Shown: in pieces, positions 39,481 to 49,235 of the stretch
Layout of the letters: every line of letters starts with the position of its first letter
Numbering within the stretch: position 1 is the first letter of the stretch
Source: OCS155 cluster bacterium AG-349-E07
GTDB lineage: Bacteria > Actinomycetota > Acidimicrobiia > Actinomarinales > Actinomarinaceae
Length of the DNA stretch: 64,000 nucleotides
Reading direction: 5' to 3'
Assembly (NCBI GenBank): GCA_003281085.1
Contig: QCCZ01000001.1
Location: forward strand, 99,452 to 163,451
The notes under the pieces: model-generated
What the model was told of the DNA's origin: nothing
The model's database searches: none
Seen by the model: the letters and a program-made list of their open reading frames with translations, nothing else
Made by a program: the position numbers and the translations under genes

Positions 39481-40770
39481 CTAATTATTTGTTATCTCTT
39501 TTACCTGCCTTGAGAGATTTCTTAAATTTTTGTTATTGAAATTTAAAATCCATATTCCTACATACAATATTCCTACAATAAAAAATAGAAAAGCATAGCC
39601 TCTTCCGTGACCTAAACCAACAAACGGAGAGAGTAATTCAATATTGTTTGGATAAAAATCAAACTCTAGATAATCTCCCAGAGGACCTGCAATAATAACA
39701 CCTAGTGGTCTTAGCATCTGGGCAATGGTACCTCTTAATGCTAAAGCTCTTCCTCTGATATCTTCTGTAGTTATAGCTAGCCATGCGCCTGAAGAAACCG
39801 TATATTGGACTGTCCCACTAACACCGTTAATAATCCCATGTATGCATAGAAGAATTATGCTTGGTCTAAGAGAACCTAAGATTAAGCTTATTCCACCTAA
39901 AAGACCCATATAAATCGCTACCTTTAAATTTCCTTGAAGCTTGTCTGCGAATCGTAGGGAAATTATCGAACCTAGTAGAAAAGCTAGACCAATGCTTGAT
40001 TCAACAATGCCTAGGCCTCTTGCGTCTGTGAAACTAAGTATCATCGGAGGGAGTAAAACCTGAGTAAAGCCCCAGAGAAAGTTACAAACACCCAGAATAA
40101 GTACTAAAGAAAGTAGGCCTTTCTGTTTCTTCAGCCAATTGTATGCTTCAGTTAAATCAAAATAAACATTTTTAATACTTAAATCACTTTTTACCTCAGT
40201 TTTGCTGCTTTTGAAAAAGGTAATGGTTGCAATTCCAAAAAAACAGGTAACTATATCTACAATTATTACACCTGTTAATCCAAAAAATGAATAAATAAAA
40301 GCTCCGCCAATAGGGCCAATAAGAACTGATATCGCTTCGGCACTTTCAAATAATGCTGAGACTTTTGTTACTTCATTTTTTTTGACGACGTCACCCAAAA
40401 AAGCACTCCAAGTTGTCCAGTGAGCTATTTCAAAAACACCAAATGCTAATGCAAATGGAATCAAAAGAGTTAATGTCAACATATCATTTAATGCTAAATA
40501 ACCAATAAGGCACATCAGTGCAGCAATAATCAAATCAAAACTAATTATCAATTTTTTCCGTGGAAACCTATCTGCTAATACTCCTCCAAACGGCCCAGTA
40601 ATTACGCCAACTATTGCAACAATAAATAATATTGATGAAAGTGCGCTTGCTTTGCCTGTTGTTTCATATATCCAAACACCAATTGCAAAAAAAGACATCG
40701 CAGAACCTGTCCAAGAAACAGTTTGTCCAAACCACAGAAAATATACTTTTTTGCTCATAATGACTTTCAA
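39481..40770 (-). CDS. MFS transporter
   Basis: 12 TM pattern; about 429 aa. Confidence 0.7.
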   Translation of the reverse strand: MKVIMSKKVYFLWFGQTVSWTGSAMSFFAIGVWIYETTGKASALSSILFIVAIVGVITGPFGGVLADRFPRKKLIISFDLIIAALMCLIGYLALNDMLTLTLLIPFALAFGVFEIAHWTTWSAFLGDVVKKNEVTKVSALFESAEAISVLIGPIGGAFIYSFFGLTGVIIVDIVTCFFGIATITFFKSSKTEVKSDLSIKNVYFDLTEAYNWLKKQKGLLSLVLILGVCNFLWGFTQVLLPPMILSFTDARGLGIVESSIGLAFLLGSIISLRFADKLQGNLKVAIYMGLLGGISLILGSLRPSIILLCIHGIINGVSGTVQYTVSSGAWLAITTEDIRGRALALRGTIAQMLRPLGVIIAGPLGDYLEFDFYPNNIELLSPFVGLGHGRGYAFLFFIVGILYVGIWILNFNNKNLRNLSRQVKEITNN

Positions 40771-40828
40771 GTAGAGATAATAGTTGTATTTGAATGCTAC
40801 GTAAGTTGTCTTATTTTTTAAGGTTGAA

Positions 40829-41191
40829 TTAGTAAATTAACACTCTATCTGCCTCAAAAGTAAGTTCAACAAGTTTATTTGGAGTAGCAGGAGTAAAGCC
40901 TAAAGATTCTAATTGGTCTTTAGTTATTCCCCTTGCTTGCGCAGATTTACCGGAGGCATAAAGAACGGCACCTTTTAGTTTTAATTCTTCTAAATGATCT
41001 GAAAGAGTCCCGAGTCCAACACCTTGCATTTCTTTTGTTGTGATGTCATGAAGAGAAGTTACTCCGTCCCCTGCACAGAATATGGTGACTTCATTACCAT
41101 CTTCTATTGCTGATTTGGCAACCAGAAATCCCAATACTGAACGACTAGGATTTTCAACTCCCGTAATAATATGCACTAATAATTTACCCAT
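40829..41191 (-). CDS. DsrE/DsrF-like family protein
   Basis: about 120 aa; MGKLLVHIITG..NP and conserved Cys (FCAGDGV) pattern. Confidence 0.4.
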   Translation of the reverse strand: MGKLLVHIITGVENPSRSVLGFLVAKSAIEDGNEVTIFCAGDGVTSLHDITTKEMQGVGLGTLSDHLEELKLKGAVLYASGKSAQARGITKDQLESLGFTPATPNKLVELTFEADRVLIY

Positions 41192-41217
41192 GTAATGAAT
41201 AATAAAAGATTATATTT

Positions 41218-42234
41218 TTGAATATGTTGTTTTTTAAAATTAAGCTGAAAGATACAAAGATTAATTACAAAAAAATGATTAGCAAAGAAGCACAAAAAAG
41301 TATTAAAAGGTTTAAAAGAGCATCATCATTTATCGGGCTACTTTACAAATCTCCAAAAGAAATGACCTCAGGAAGAATGAAGATTGGTAGATGGTTTAAT
41401 AACTTACAAGGAACTGTATTTCCTAAAGTAAAAGGGACAAAAAAAGAAGTAATTTACCTAGACAATATAAGATCGTTTAAAATTTCTACCCCTAATTCAG
41501 ATCCAGAGAGGATTCTTCTTTACTTTCATGGTGGTGGTTATTCACTAGGAAGTCCTGAGTCTCACTATGCTTTAGCTAGTTATTTAGCTGATATTACCAA
41601 AACTGTTGTTTATGTTCCAGACTATAGACTTGGTCCAGAACATAAATTTCCAGCACAACTAGAAGACGGTATAAAAAGTTATAAATTTTTGATAGATGAA
41701 TTAGGTTACTCTCCTGAACAAGTAGCAATTTCAGGAGATTCCGCTGGAGGTCATCTCGCTTTAATTACACTGTTAAAACTAAAAGAAGACGACATCCAAC
41801 TTCCATCTGCATTAGCACTATTATCACCTTGGACTGACCCAAGTGCTTCTGGTGATACCTACACATATGAAATGGCAGATAGAGACATAATGCTTGGGCC
41901 TTTATTTAAAAAAATTTGGGAAAACGGTGATCAACTTTATGAATATTACCTAAATCAAGAAGATTATGATGAAAAAGATAAGTATGTTATCCCACTTAAG
42001 GGAAATTATGAGAACTGCCCTCCAATAATGATTCAGGTGGGGACTGAAGAGCTTTTGTTATCTGACTCACAGAGATTAAGAGATGTACTAAAAGAAGACA
42101 ATTGTGAGCATGAATACTATGAATGGGAAGATATGTATCATGTGTTTCACGTAGATGTAAGAATGCCTGAAACAATTGAGGCATTTAACCAAATTGGTAA
42201 TTTTTTAAGAAAACATATTGGTATTAAATTATAA
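41218..42234 (+). CDS. alpha/beta-hydrolase esterase/lipase (HSL family)
   Basis: HGGGY oxyanion motif and GDSAGG nucleophile elbow. Confidence 0.8.
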   Translation: MNMLFFKIKLKDTKINYKKMISKEAQKSIKRFKRASSFIGLLYKSPKEMTSGRMKIGRWFNNLQGTVFPKVKGTKKEVIYLDNIRSFKISTPNSDPERILLYFHGGGYSLGSPESHYALASYLADITKTVVYVPDYRLGPEHKFPAQLEDGIKSYKFLIDELGYSPEQVAISGDSAGGHLALITLLKLKEDDIQLPSALALLSPWTDPSASGDTYTYEMADRDIMLGPLFKKIWENGDQLYEYYLNQEDYDEKDKYVIPLKGNYENCPPIMIQVGTEELLLSDSQRLRDVLKEDNCEHEYYEWEDMYHVFHVDVRMPETIEAFNQIGNFLRKHIGIKL

Positions 42235-42240
42235 AGTTTT

Positions 42241-43230
42241 ATGAAGACTGCTCTTATAACGGGAGGCTCTGGGCATGTTGGGGCAAATTTAGTAAGAGAG
42301 CTAACAAAGCAAGATTTTAAGGTTAGATGTATAGATTTTGACGGAGATCATCGAGCATTTGAAGGACACGCTGTAGAACTTATCAGGGGAAACATTACAG
42401 ACATCGAATCTGTGGACTTAGCATTTAAAGATGTAGATGTAGTATTTCATACAGCTGCTCTAATTAGCTTGGTACGCAAAGATAGGGACATAATTCGTTC
42501 TGTAAATGTTTTGGGAACAAAGAATGTATGTGAATTATCTTTAAGACATGGTGTTAAAAAATTAATACATTTTTCGTCTGTAGATGCATTTATAAGAGAA
42601 CCTTTAGATGAAGCGCTTTTGGAAGATAGACCTCTTGTAACAAATCCTAATTCTGTTCCGTATGATCTATCAAAAGCAGATGCACAGAGAATTGTTTATG
42701 ATTATTGTGAAAAAGGTCTTGATGCTTCAATTATTCATCCTTCAGGGATTTTTGGACCAAATGATTTTAAACCTAGTTTGTTCGGTCAAGAGATTATAAA
42801 TATTGCTAATGGAAAAAGACCTTTTACAGTAAATGTTGGTTATGACTATGTTGATGTTCGTGATCTTTGCCTCACTGCAATAAACTGTGTAGAAAAAGGC
42901 GAGTCAAGACAAAATTATATTGTTGGAGGAAACTATATAGATTTTGTTGGAATCGGTGAAGTAATGTCTAAGAAGTTAAATACACAATTAATAAGAGGCA
43001 CACTTCCGTTTTTCTTTGCTTATCTATCAATTCCTTCGTCCTATTTAAAGGCACTTTTTTTTAACAAACCAAGAAGTGCTACTGTTGATTCAATTCATAC
43101 TGTAAAAGTCCAAAACAAAATTATTCCAAGTACTCTCGCAAAAGAAATACTTGATCATAAACCAAGGCCTGTAGCTGAAACAATAAACGACACTGTGGAT
43201 TTTTTTCAAAAAAGAGGTCTTATAAAATAA
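42241..43230 (+). CDS. NAD-dependent epimerase/dehydratase (3-beta-HSD-like)
   Basis: ITGGSGHVGANLV Rossmann motif; YDLSK catalytic pair. Confidence 0.75.
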   Translation: MKTALITGGSGHVGANLVRELTKQDFKVRCIDFDGDHRAFEGHAVELIRGNITDIESVDLAFKDVDVVFHTAALISLVRKDRDIIRSVNVLGTKNVCELSLRHGVKKLIHFSSVDAFIREPLDEALLEDRPLVTNPNSVPYDLSKADAQRIVYDYCEKGLDASIIHPSGIFGPNDFKPSLFGQEIINIANGKRPFTVNVGYDYVDVRDLCLTAINCVEKGESRQNYIVGGNYIDFVGIGEVMSKKLNTQLIRGTLPFFFAYLSIPSSYLKALFFNKPRSATVDSIHTVKVQNKIIPSTLAKEILDHKPRPVAETINDTVDFFQKRGLIK

Positions 43231-43247
43231 GGATTGGGATTTACAAT

Positions 43248-44084
43248 ATGTCTGTGAATAATTTAGATGTACTTAATATTGCGGGATATAAATTTGAACC
43301 ATTAGATGACTTTGAAGATTTGGTTCCTCAGTTTCAATCAATTTGTGTCGAACTTGAATTAAAGGGCTCAGTATATTTAAGTCCAAAAGGAGTTAACTTT
43401 TCTCTTGCTGGAAGCAAAGAAGCTATAGAAATCTATCTTCATTTTTTGGAACAAGATGAAAGATTTTTAGATATCCCTTTAAAAAAAACATACAGCGAGA
43501 CTCAGCCTTTTAGAAGAATGAAAGTGCGTCCAAAAAAAGAAATCATCTCATTAGGCAGAGATGATATTAATCCAAGAGAACTAACAGGAGATTATATCAC
43601 TCCACAAGAACTCTATGCAATGTACGAAAACAATGAAGATATCATTGTCTTGGATACTCGCAATGAATATGAGACTCGTGTTGGACTGTTTGAAAATGCT
43701 GTTGACCTCCAACTTGATACATTTAGAGATTTTCCAGATGCAATAGAACAACTACCAGAAGAGTACAAAGATAAACAAATTGTTATGTATTGCACTGGTG
43801 GAATTAGATGTGAGAAAGCATCTGCAGTAATGATGAAAGCAGGGTTTTCTGATGTAAAACAACTAGAGGGTGGAGTACTTGACTACTTCAAAAAGACAGA
43901 TGGAAAATACTGGAATGGTGACTGTTTTGTTTTTGATGAACGTGTTGCGTTAGACACAGACCTCAACGAAACAGAATATATTTACTGTTATATATGTAGA
44001 GAGCCAATTTCAGTAGAAGAGAAAGCTTCTCCAGATTTTAAGATTAACGAGTACTGTCCGTATTGCGTCGATAAAAATGTCTAA
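43248..44084 (+). CDS. trhO: rhodanese-domain tRNA uridine(34) hydroxylase-like protein (YceA/TrhO family)
   Basis: CTGGIRCEKAS rhodanese active-site loop characteristic of UPF0176/TrhO; C-terminal Cys pairs. Confidence 0.65.
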   Translation: MSVNNLDVLNIAGYKFEPLDDFEDLVPQFQSICVELELKGSVYLSPKGVNFSLAGSKEAIEIYLHFLEQDERFLDIPLKKTYSETQPFRRMKVRPKKEIISLGRDDINPRELTGDYITPQELYAMYENNEDIIVLDTRNEYETRVGLFENAVDLQLDTFRDFPDAIEQLPEEYKDKQIVMYCTGGIRCEKASAVMMKAGFSDVKQLEGGVLDYFKKTDGKYWNGDCFVFDERVALDTDLNETEYIYCYICREPISVEEKASPDFKINEYCPYCVDKNV

Positions 44085-44141
44085 ATTGTCCTTTTTACAA
44101 ATTTGATTGAATTATTAAAAAAATTTCATTAGGTTGTAATT

Positions 44142-45254
44142 ATGAAGGGGAAAACGCTAATTTTTGCCTTAACCTTCATTATTTGTGGAGGTACTAGTAG
44201 TTCGCCAAGTACGACTCAACAAGAAACTACAACTACGACTCAACAAGAAACTACAACTACGACTCAACAAGAAACTACAACTACGACTCAACAAGAAACT
44301 ACAACTACGACTCAACAAGAAACTACAACTACGACTCATACGGTAAATGTTGACCCAGTAAAATTTTGTGAAGAAAATCCTGATCATCCACAATGTCAAG
44401 GTTTTGACGCTGCAAAATTTTGTGAAGAAAATCCTGATCATCCACAATGTCAAGGTTTTGACCAAGCAAATCAAGGTAGTGGCGGAATGGGAAGTAGTGG
44501 ATCACCGGCTAGTGATGACCCTCCTTTTTTATATAATCTCTTAATTACAAATTGGGGACCATACGAACCTTCTACAGGTGTCTCTGGTGATTTTGAGTTT
44601 AAGTCAGAACTACAACTAGTATTCTTTGATGAATTTGGAAGAGTCCACTCAGCAGGAACACCTGGCGCATATGATAATCCAACTTTTGAATACAAAGTTC
44701 CTAGAGATACACTTGTTCATATTCCTATTAATGGAGTAATTGACTTTTTCCAATTCCAACCTACATCAAGCTATATTCAGGACGACTGGGAGTTGATGAT
44801 AAAACCAGCAAGAAACAGTGACTGGGCAGTCGTCATAGACCATGTAGTGAGCCTAAGTTGTGATAGGACGAGTAGAGCGGTTTGCCAGAATCCTCTTACA
44901 GTAAATGGAGAGGAGATTTACAGCGGAATGCAGGTTCAAGCTGGTGATGTTTTAGGGTATGTAGGCAACTATGAAGATGGGGAGGGTGGAAGTGTATTTG
45001 GTCGAACTGAAATTTCAATTGGAAAATATGTAAGAGTAGGAAACCAACAGCAGGATTTTAATAATTTTTGCCCTACTAATTATCTCCATCCAAGTGTCAA
45101 AGATTCAATTCAAAATTCCGTGAATCAAATTATGGCTTCTTATGAGTCTTGGAGTGGAAATAGTAATTTTTATGATGAATCCAATATGGTAGCTCCAGGT
45201 TGTTGGTATTCAGAAATTTATGAGTCAAAGGGAAAAACTACACCTAAAAAATAG
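44142..45254 (+). CDS. repeat-containing lipoprotein of unknown function
   Basis: signal/lipobox FIICGGTSS; 5x TTTTQQET; 2x KFCEENPDHPQCQGFD. Confidence 0.5.
   Translation: MKGKTLIFALTFIICGGTSSSPSTTQQETTTTTQQETTTTTQQETTTTTQQETTTTTQQETTTTTHTVNVDPVKFCEENPDHPQCQGFDAAKFCEENPDHPQCQGFDQANQGSGGMGSSGSPASDDPPFLYNLLITNWGPYEPSTGVSGDFEFKSELQLVFFDEFGRVHSAGTPGAYDNPTFEYKVPRDTLVHIPINGVIDFFQFQPTSSYIQDDWELMIKPARNSDWAVVIDHVVSLSCDRTSRAVCQNPLTVNGEEIYSGMQVQAGDVLGYVGNYEDGEGGSVFGRTEISIGKYVRVGNQQQDFNNFCPTNYLHPSVKDSIQNSVNQIMASYESWSGNSNFYDESNMVAPGCWYSEIYESKGKTTPKK
44211..44337 (+). repeat. perfect 24-nt tandem repeat x5 (acgactcaacaagaaactacaact) encoding (TTTTQQET)n
   Basis: read directly. Confidence 0.85.
44353..44461 (+). 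repeat. two copies of a 48-nt unit (aaattttgtgaagaaaatcctgatcatccacaatgtcaaggttttgac) with 54-nt period
   Basis: read directly. Confidence 0.85.
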
Positions 45255-45266
45255 TTATAAAATTAT

Positions 45267-45518
45267 TTAGTCGTCACCAAAGAACATTTGATTTCCACCA
45301 TATGGAATTTCTTCGTCTTTGGCATAAATTTCTACAAATCTAGTCTTTATCTCTTTAACCTTATCAATGATTCCTTTTTCTTTGAGAAAGTTGTACGGAG
45401 CTCGAAATACTCTGTCCTCGACTTCTAAAAATTTATTTATCTTGTCTTTCATATTGTTATAAAAGTAATGGAATTTTAAATTTATCGGTAATTTTATATA
45501 GTAAATTTTTGTTAACAA
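45267..45518 (-). CDS. hypothetical protein
   Basis: ORF only. Confidence 0.25.
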   Translation of the reverse strand: MLTKIYYIKLPINLKFHYFYNNMKDKINKFLEVEDRVFRAPYNFLKEKGIIDKVKEIKTRFVEIYAKDEEIPYGGNQMFFGDD

Positions 45519-45583
45519 AGGTTTAACAACTAAATATGCAAGGTTTTAAGGGTTTTGATATTCTAAAAAAAAGGAGGTAAATT

Positions 45584-45934
45584 ATGGAATCAATAAGCGT
45601 TGTTGTTAGGAAATTTCCAGAACACAATGAAGAATTTATGCAGGCATGGAAAGATTCTTGGACAGAAGCAGATACGTCAGCTTTTACTGAATCTGGAGCT
45701 GTGAATTACTGGGCATATGATGAGACAGATGATGGAGTTACTTACATTATTGTCAATAAATGGCCATCACAGGAAGCAAGAGAAGGATTTGTTAATTCAG
45801 ATGCTGCAAAAACAATGGAGTCAGAAATAAACTCTCTTTTTGAAGAAAAAACTGGAGTTAGCACAGATGAAGCAGACAAAGATGTCATCTCAGAATCTAT
45901 GTTTCTTGGTCTAGATGTGCAATTTAGTTTGTAA
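45584..45934 (+). CDS. ABM/Dabb-like small alpha+beta protein
   Basis: secondary-structure-like pattern similar to a single domain of the 56.7-60.1 kb paralogs; weak. Confidence 0.3.
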   Translation: MESISVVVRKFPEHNEEFMQAWKDSWTEADTSAFTESGAVNYWAYDETDDGVTYIIVNKWPSQEAREGFVNSDAAKTMESEINSLFEEKTGVSTDEADKDVISESMFLGLDVQFSL

Positions 45935-45936
45935 AA

Positions 45937-46479
45937 ATGAAAAAAATAATTTCGATTTTTACAGTATTTGTTTTATTTTCATTCTGCTCAAGTGGTCCGG
46001 AGGCAAGTGTTAATATTTTTGAGGCGGCTAAAACGGGTAATGTTGACGAAATAAACTTACACATTGAAGGCGGTAGTAATCTCAATGAGAGAGCTGAGCT
46101 TAACAGTGACACACCTTTAATTTTTGCAACAATTTATGGGCAAAACGAGATAGTTGAACTTTTATCTCAACAGGAAAGTGTTAATCTTGATTCTCAAAAC
46201 ATTCAGGGTTTTACAGCTCTTTGTGTTGCTACTGTATGGGGGCAGATCGAGATTATTGAAACGCTGCTTGCTGCGGGTGCAGATAAAAACATTAAATGTT
46301 TTGGAGATGAAAATAATAATGGTCCAAAAGTTGGTACCGCATTGATGGCAGCTCAAGCGTCTGTCAATCCTAGTATCGAAAAACAATACATCGATACTGC
46401 GGAGCAGTATGGACTTGAGTTTGATTTAGATAAAATTATTGAAGGTAGAGCTAAAGCAGCAGAAGCCCTTCAAAAATAA
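45937..46479 (+). CDS. secreted ankyrin-repeat protein
   Basis: signal peptide; 3-4 ANK repeats (TPLIFATIYGQNEIVELL; FTALCVATVWGQIEIIETLLAAGADKN). Confidence 0.6.
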   Translation: MKKIISIFTVFVLFSFCSSGPEASVNIFEAAKTGNVDEINLHIEGGSNLNERAELNSDTPLIFATIYGQNEIVELLSQQESVNLDSQNIQGFTALCVATVWGQIEIIETLLAAGADKNIKCFGDENNNGPKVGTALMAAQASVNPSIEKQYIDTAEQYGLEFDLDKIIEGRAKAAEALQK

Positions 46480-46510
46480 CTTATACTGGAACTAATAGAA
46501 AGGATAAAGT

Positions 46511-46795
46511 ATGCCATTATTTCATATAGAGCGAATTGCTCCTGGTTTGGGAAGTACTCCACCAGAGGAGCTTGAAAAAGGAGTTCAAAACTCAGAGTCT
46601 GTTTTGGTAGAGATGCGAAGTGAAGGAAAAAATATCAGACAGGTGCGTAGTTTTGCCAACATGGATGGTATTTTCTGTATTTATGAAGCTGACTCAGAAG
46701 ATCTCATTAGAGAACATGCGGAGAGATCTGGTGGTACAGCAGATAAAATTACCGTAATAACTGGCGAAATTCAGCACGATACATCTGAGCAGTAA
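46511..46795 (+). CDS. DUF4242-like small protein
   Basis: N-terminal MPLF...; size. Confidence 0.3.
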   Translation: MPLFHIERIAPGLGSTPPEELEKGVQNSESVLVEMRSEGKNIRQVRSFANMDGIFCIYEADSEDLIREHAERSGGTADKITVITGEIQHDTSEQ

Positions 46796-46798
46796 AAT

Positions 46799-47188
46799 AT
46801 GAAGCTATTTATACGCTTTGGTGTAATTAATATTTCAGTATTAGGATTTACTGTTGCAGTTGCATTGCTCGTATTTAATAATCAATTTTTTGACTTTCTT
46901 GGAGTCACAATCTCTGAAAATTATGTATTGAATCAAATTAAAGCGGACATTGGTGGCCTTTGGATTCTATTAGGTGTTGCCCCACTTCTTTGGTTTAGAA
47001 CAAAAGATAATTTCTGGATAAGACTTGTTTTTGTGACTCTAGGGTTTGTAATGGTTGCAAGGGTTATTAGTTTTGTGCAAGAAGGAGTTCATCCAGTTTC
47101 AATTGTTCTGTTTGTTGGTGAGATAAATCTGTTTTTATTTACACGATATATCTTAAAAAAATTCCCTGATGGATCATTTTTTTATTAA
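46799..47188 (+). CDS. small membrane protein
   Basis: 4 TM pattern. Confidence 0.3.
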   Translation: MKLFIRFGVINISVLGFTVAVALLVFNNQFFDFLGVTISENYVLNQIKADIGGLWILLGVAPLLWFRTKDNFWIRLVFVTLGFVMVARVISFVQEGVHPVSIVLFVGEINLFLFTRYILKKFPDGSFFY

Positions 47189-47495
47189 ATAAAATAATTT
47201 TGACTAAAATTAAATAGTTATGAACGCTACAAGAATACTAATAGGTGCATTTATACTTCTAATACCTTTATTTTGTGGTTTTCTCTTACTCTCCCAATAG
47301 ATTTGTAAGAATTAATTAGTTAGGGAACGTTGGGGCTCTGGTCAAAAGGCTCGTCGTATCTGCTCTCATAAAAATCTTCAGCTGTTCTGTATATTTTTTT
47401 TGAAGTAACAAGAATCGTGACAATACCTTTTTTAACAAGCCACCTATATGGTGCAGAAAATAGTCTTTTTTCTAGTTCTAAAAGCTTCTTAAACA

Positions 47496-47903
47496 TTAGC
47501 TCAAGCTTAGCAGGTACAATGTTCTGCTGTTTACTTCAGAAATTTCTTCTAAGATATTTTCAATATCATCAAATGAGTTTGATTCGTTTAATTCTGCTAC
47601 AAACCCTGATAACTGAGTTACTTGATTTTTGAATTCATTAATTTTATTTTTAGTTTCTTCTTTAGAAAAATAATTTTCTAAAGAATAAGGGCCTTCGCTA
47701 AATTTGAGTCTGGTATTTTGATTTCCCTGCCATGACTCAACTAGCTTATCATTTAAGTCTGTGAGGCTTTCATAATATTCGCCTAATGCCTCATGTTCTG
47801 CATAAGATTGTGTCTGCCAATGAAATACTTGAATGTTGTTCAAGAAACTCATTGTGTAGGACACAAATTCGTCTATTTTTACATTTAATGTTTTTACGTT
47901 CAT
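47496..47903 (-). CDS. Dps/ferritin-like protein
   Basis: LNNIQVFHWQTQSYAEHEALGEYYE resembles the Dps helix A/B metal-site region. Confidence 0.4.
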   Translation of the reverse strand: MNVKTLNVKIDEFVSYTMSFLNNIQVFHWQTQSYAEHEALGEYYESLTDLNDKLVESWQGNQNTRLKFSEGPYSLENYFSKEETKNKINEFKNQVTQLSGFVAELNESNSFDDIENILEEISEVNSRTLYLLSLS

Positions 47904-47966
47904 ATTTTTATTAAAACAATTTTGTAATTTTATGAGAAATTTAAATTCTATAAATTAACCAGTTGC

Positions 47967-49235
47967 TTATAGATCGTTTATATACGTATCTTGAAAACTT
48001 TGTCTATTGACTAACTCAACTACACCACTACTTGTAACTGCAACTACTCCGGATTTAGGTACTCGGTTATAGTTACTGGCCATAGCAAAGGTATACGCAC
48101 CAGTAGAAGTAGACATTAAAATGTCTCCTGACACGGTATCCCTTGGCAACATTGCATCTTTTACTAATAAATCTCCACTTTCACAGTGTCTACCAGAGAC
48201 TGCATAGACTACGTCCTCTCTAGCTTTTCTACCAGAAATGTTAAAAAGCTTGTGTTCGCTTCCATATAATGCAGGCCTTGGATTGTCTGACATACCACCA
48301 TCCACTAAGATATATGGTTTCTCACCTCGGTCATCTTTAATAGCCCCGGCAGTATATAAAATGACTCCTGGATTGTTTACTAAGGCTCTTCCTGGCTCAA
48401 TCATGACTTTGTAGGATCCACTCCAGTGTTCTAAAATACCTTGATGAATTGCATCAGCATACACTTTTAATTCATGGTCAACTTCATCGCCTGCATAAGG
48501 TGAAAAGAATCCACCACCAGCATCAAAAACAATTTCCCTCTCCACACTTGCAGGATGAGCGTTGAGAAAATCTGCACATTCACTCATTGCTTTTTTATAA
48601 CGGTCTGGTTCTTTAATCTGGCTTCCAATATGAACATGGACTCCAGAAAACAGTAAATGCTTAGATTTATATATCTGTTGAAGTGCCTCTTCAGCAAAAC
48701 CAATAGAGATCCCGAACTGTTGGTCATTTCCTGAGGTCAACACCATTGGATGGGTCTCTGCTCCAACATCTAAATTTATACGCATAATGACTGGTTGTTT
48801 TCTATCTAATTTATTTGCAACCTCTTCTAACATCGGGATCTCAAAACGATTATCAACTGAGATGTGGCCACCATTATGTTGCATAAAGAACTCAATCTCA
48901 TCTTTATTCTTAAAAGTTCCGTTAAACAATGAGTTTTCTAAGGTTCCAGTAACAGCTTGGACAGTTGCCATCTCTCCACCTGAGACAACATCTACTCCCC
49001 AACCTTTGTCATCTAGTTCTTTGACTAAGGCTTTGCAGATAAATGCTTTTGCTGCATATCTAAAATAGGTATCTTCTCCAAAAGCATTCGTAAAATAATC
49101 TATATTATCTAGTAGATGTTCCCAGTCATAGACATAGAGAGGAGTCCCATACTCTTTAGCGACATCAAGCAGTGAAGTCTCTCCGATAAAAGCGACTCCG
49201 TCTTTAAATTCAAGGTTAGATGGTAAATAGTTCAT
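47967..49235 (-). CDS. lysA: diaminopimelate decarboxylase (fold-III PLP decarboxylase)
   Basis: YAAKAF PLP-Lys region; GGG and CESGD-like motifs; about 422 aa. Confidence 0.7.
   Translation of the reverse strand: MNYLPSNLEFKDGVAFIGETSLLDVAKEYGTPLYVYDWEHLLDNIDYFTNAFGEDTYFRYAAKAFICKALVKELDDKGWGVDVVSGGEMATVQAVTGTLENSLFNGTFKNKDEIEFFMQHNGGHISVDNRFEIPMLEEVANKLDRKQPVIMRINLDVGAETHPMVLTSGNDQQFGISIGFAEEALQQIYKSKHLLFSGVHVHIGSQIKEPDRYKKAMSECADFLNAHPASVEREIVFDAGGGFFSPYAGDEVDHELKVYADAIHQGILEHWSGSYKVMIEPGRALVNNPGVILYTAGAIKDDRGEKPYILVDGGMSDNPRPALYGSEHKLFNISGRKAREDVVYAVSGRHCESGDLLVKDAMLPRDTVSGDILMSTSTGAYTFAMASNYNRVPKSGVVAVTSSGVVELVNRQSFQDTYINDL

Noticed and set aside
46511-47188. Selenocysteine recoding between same-frame ORFs 46511..46795 and 46799..47188, and likewise between 60061..60594 and 59416..60057
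   Set aside because: The intervening stops are TAA (46793..46795) and TAG (60061..60063), not TGA
47417-47632. 71-aa plus-strand ORF
   Set aside because: Overlaps the Dps-like minus-strand gene and a better small minus-strand ORF; no RBS-like context
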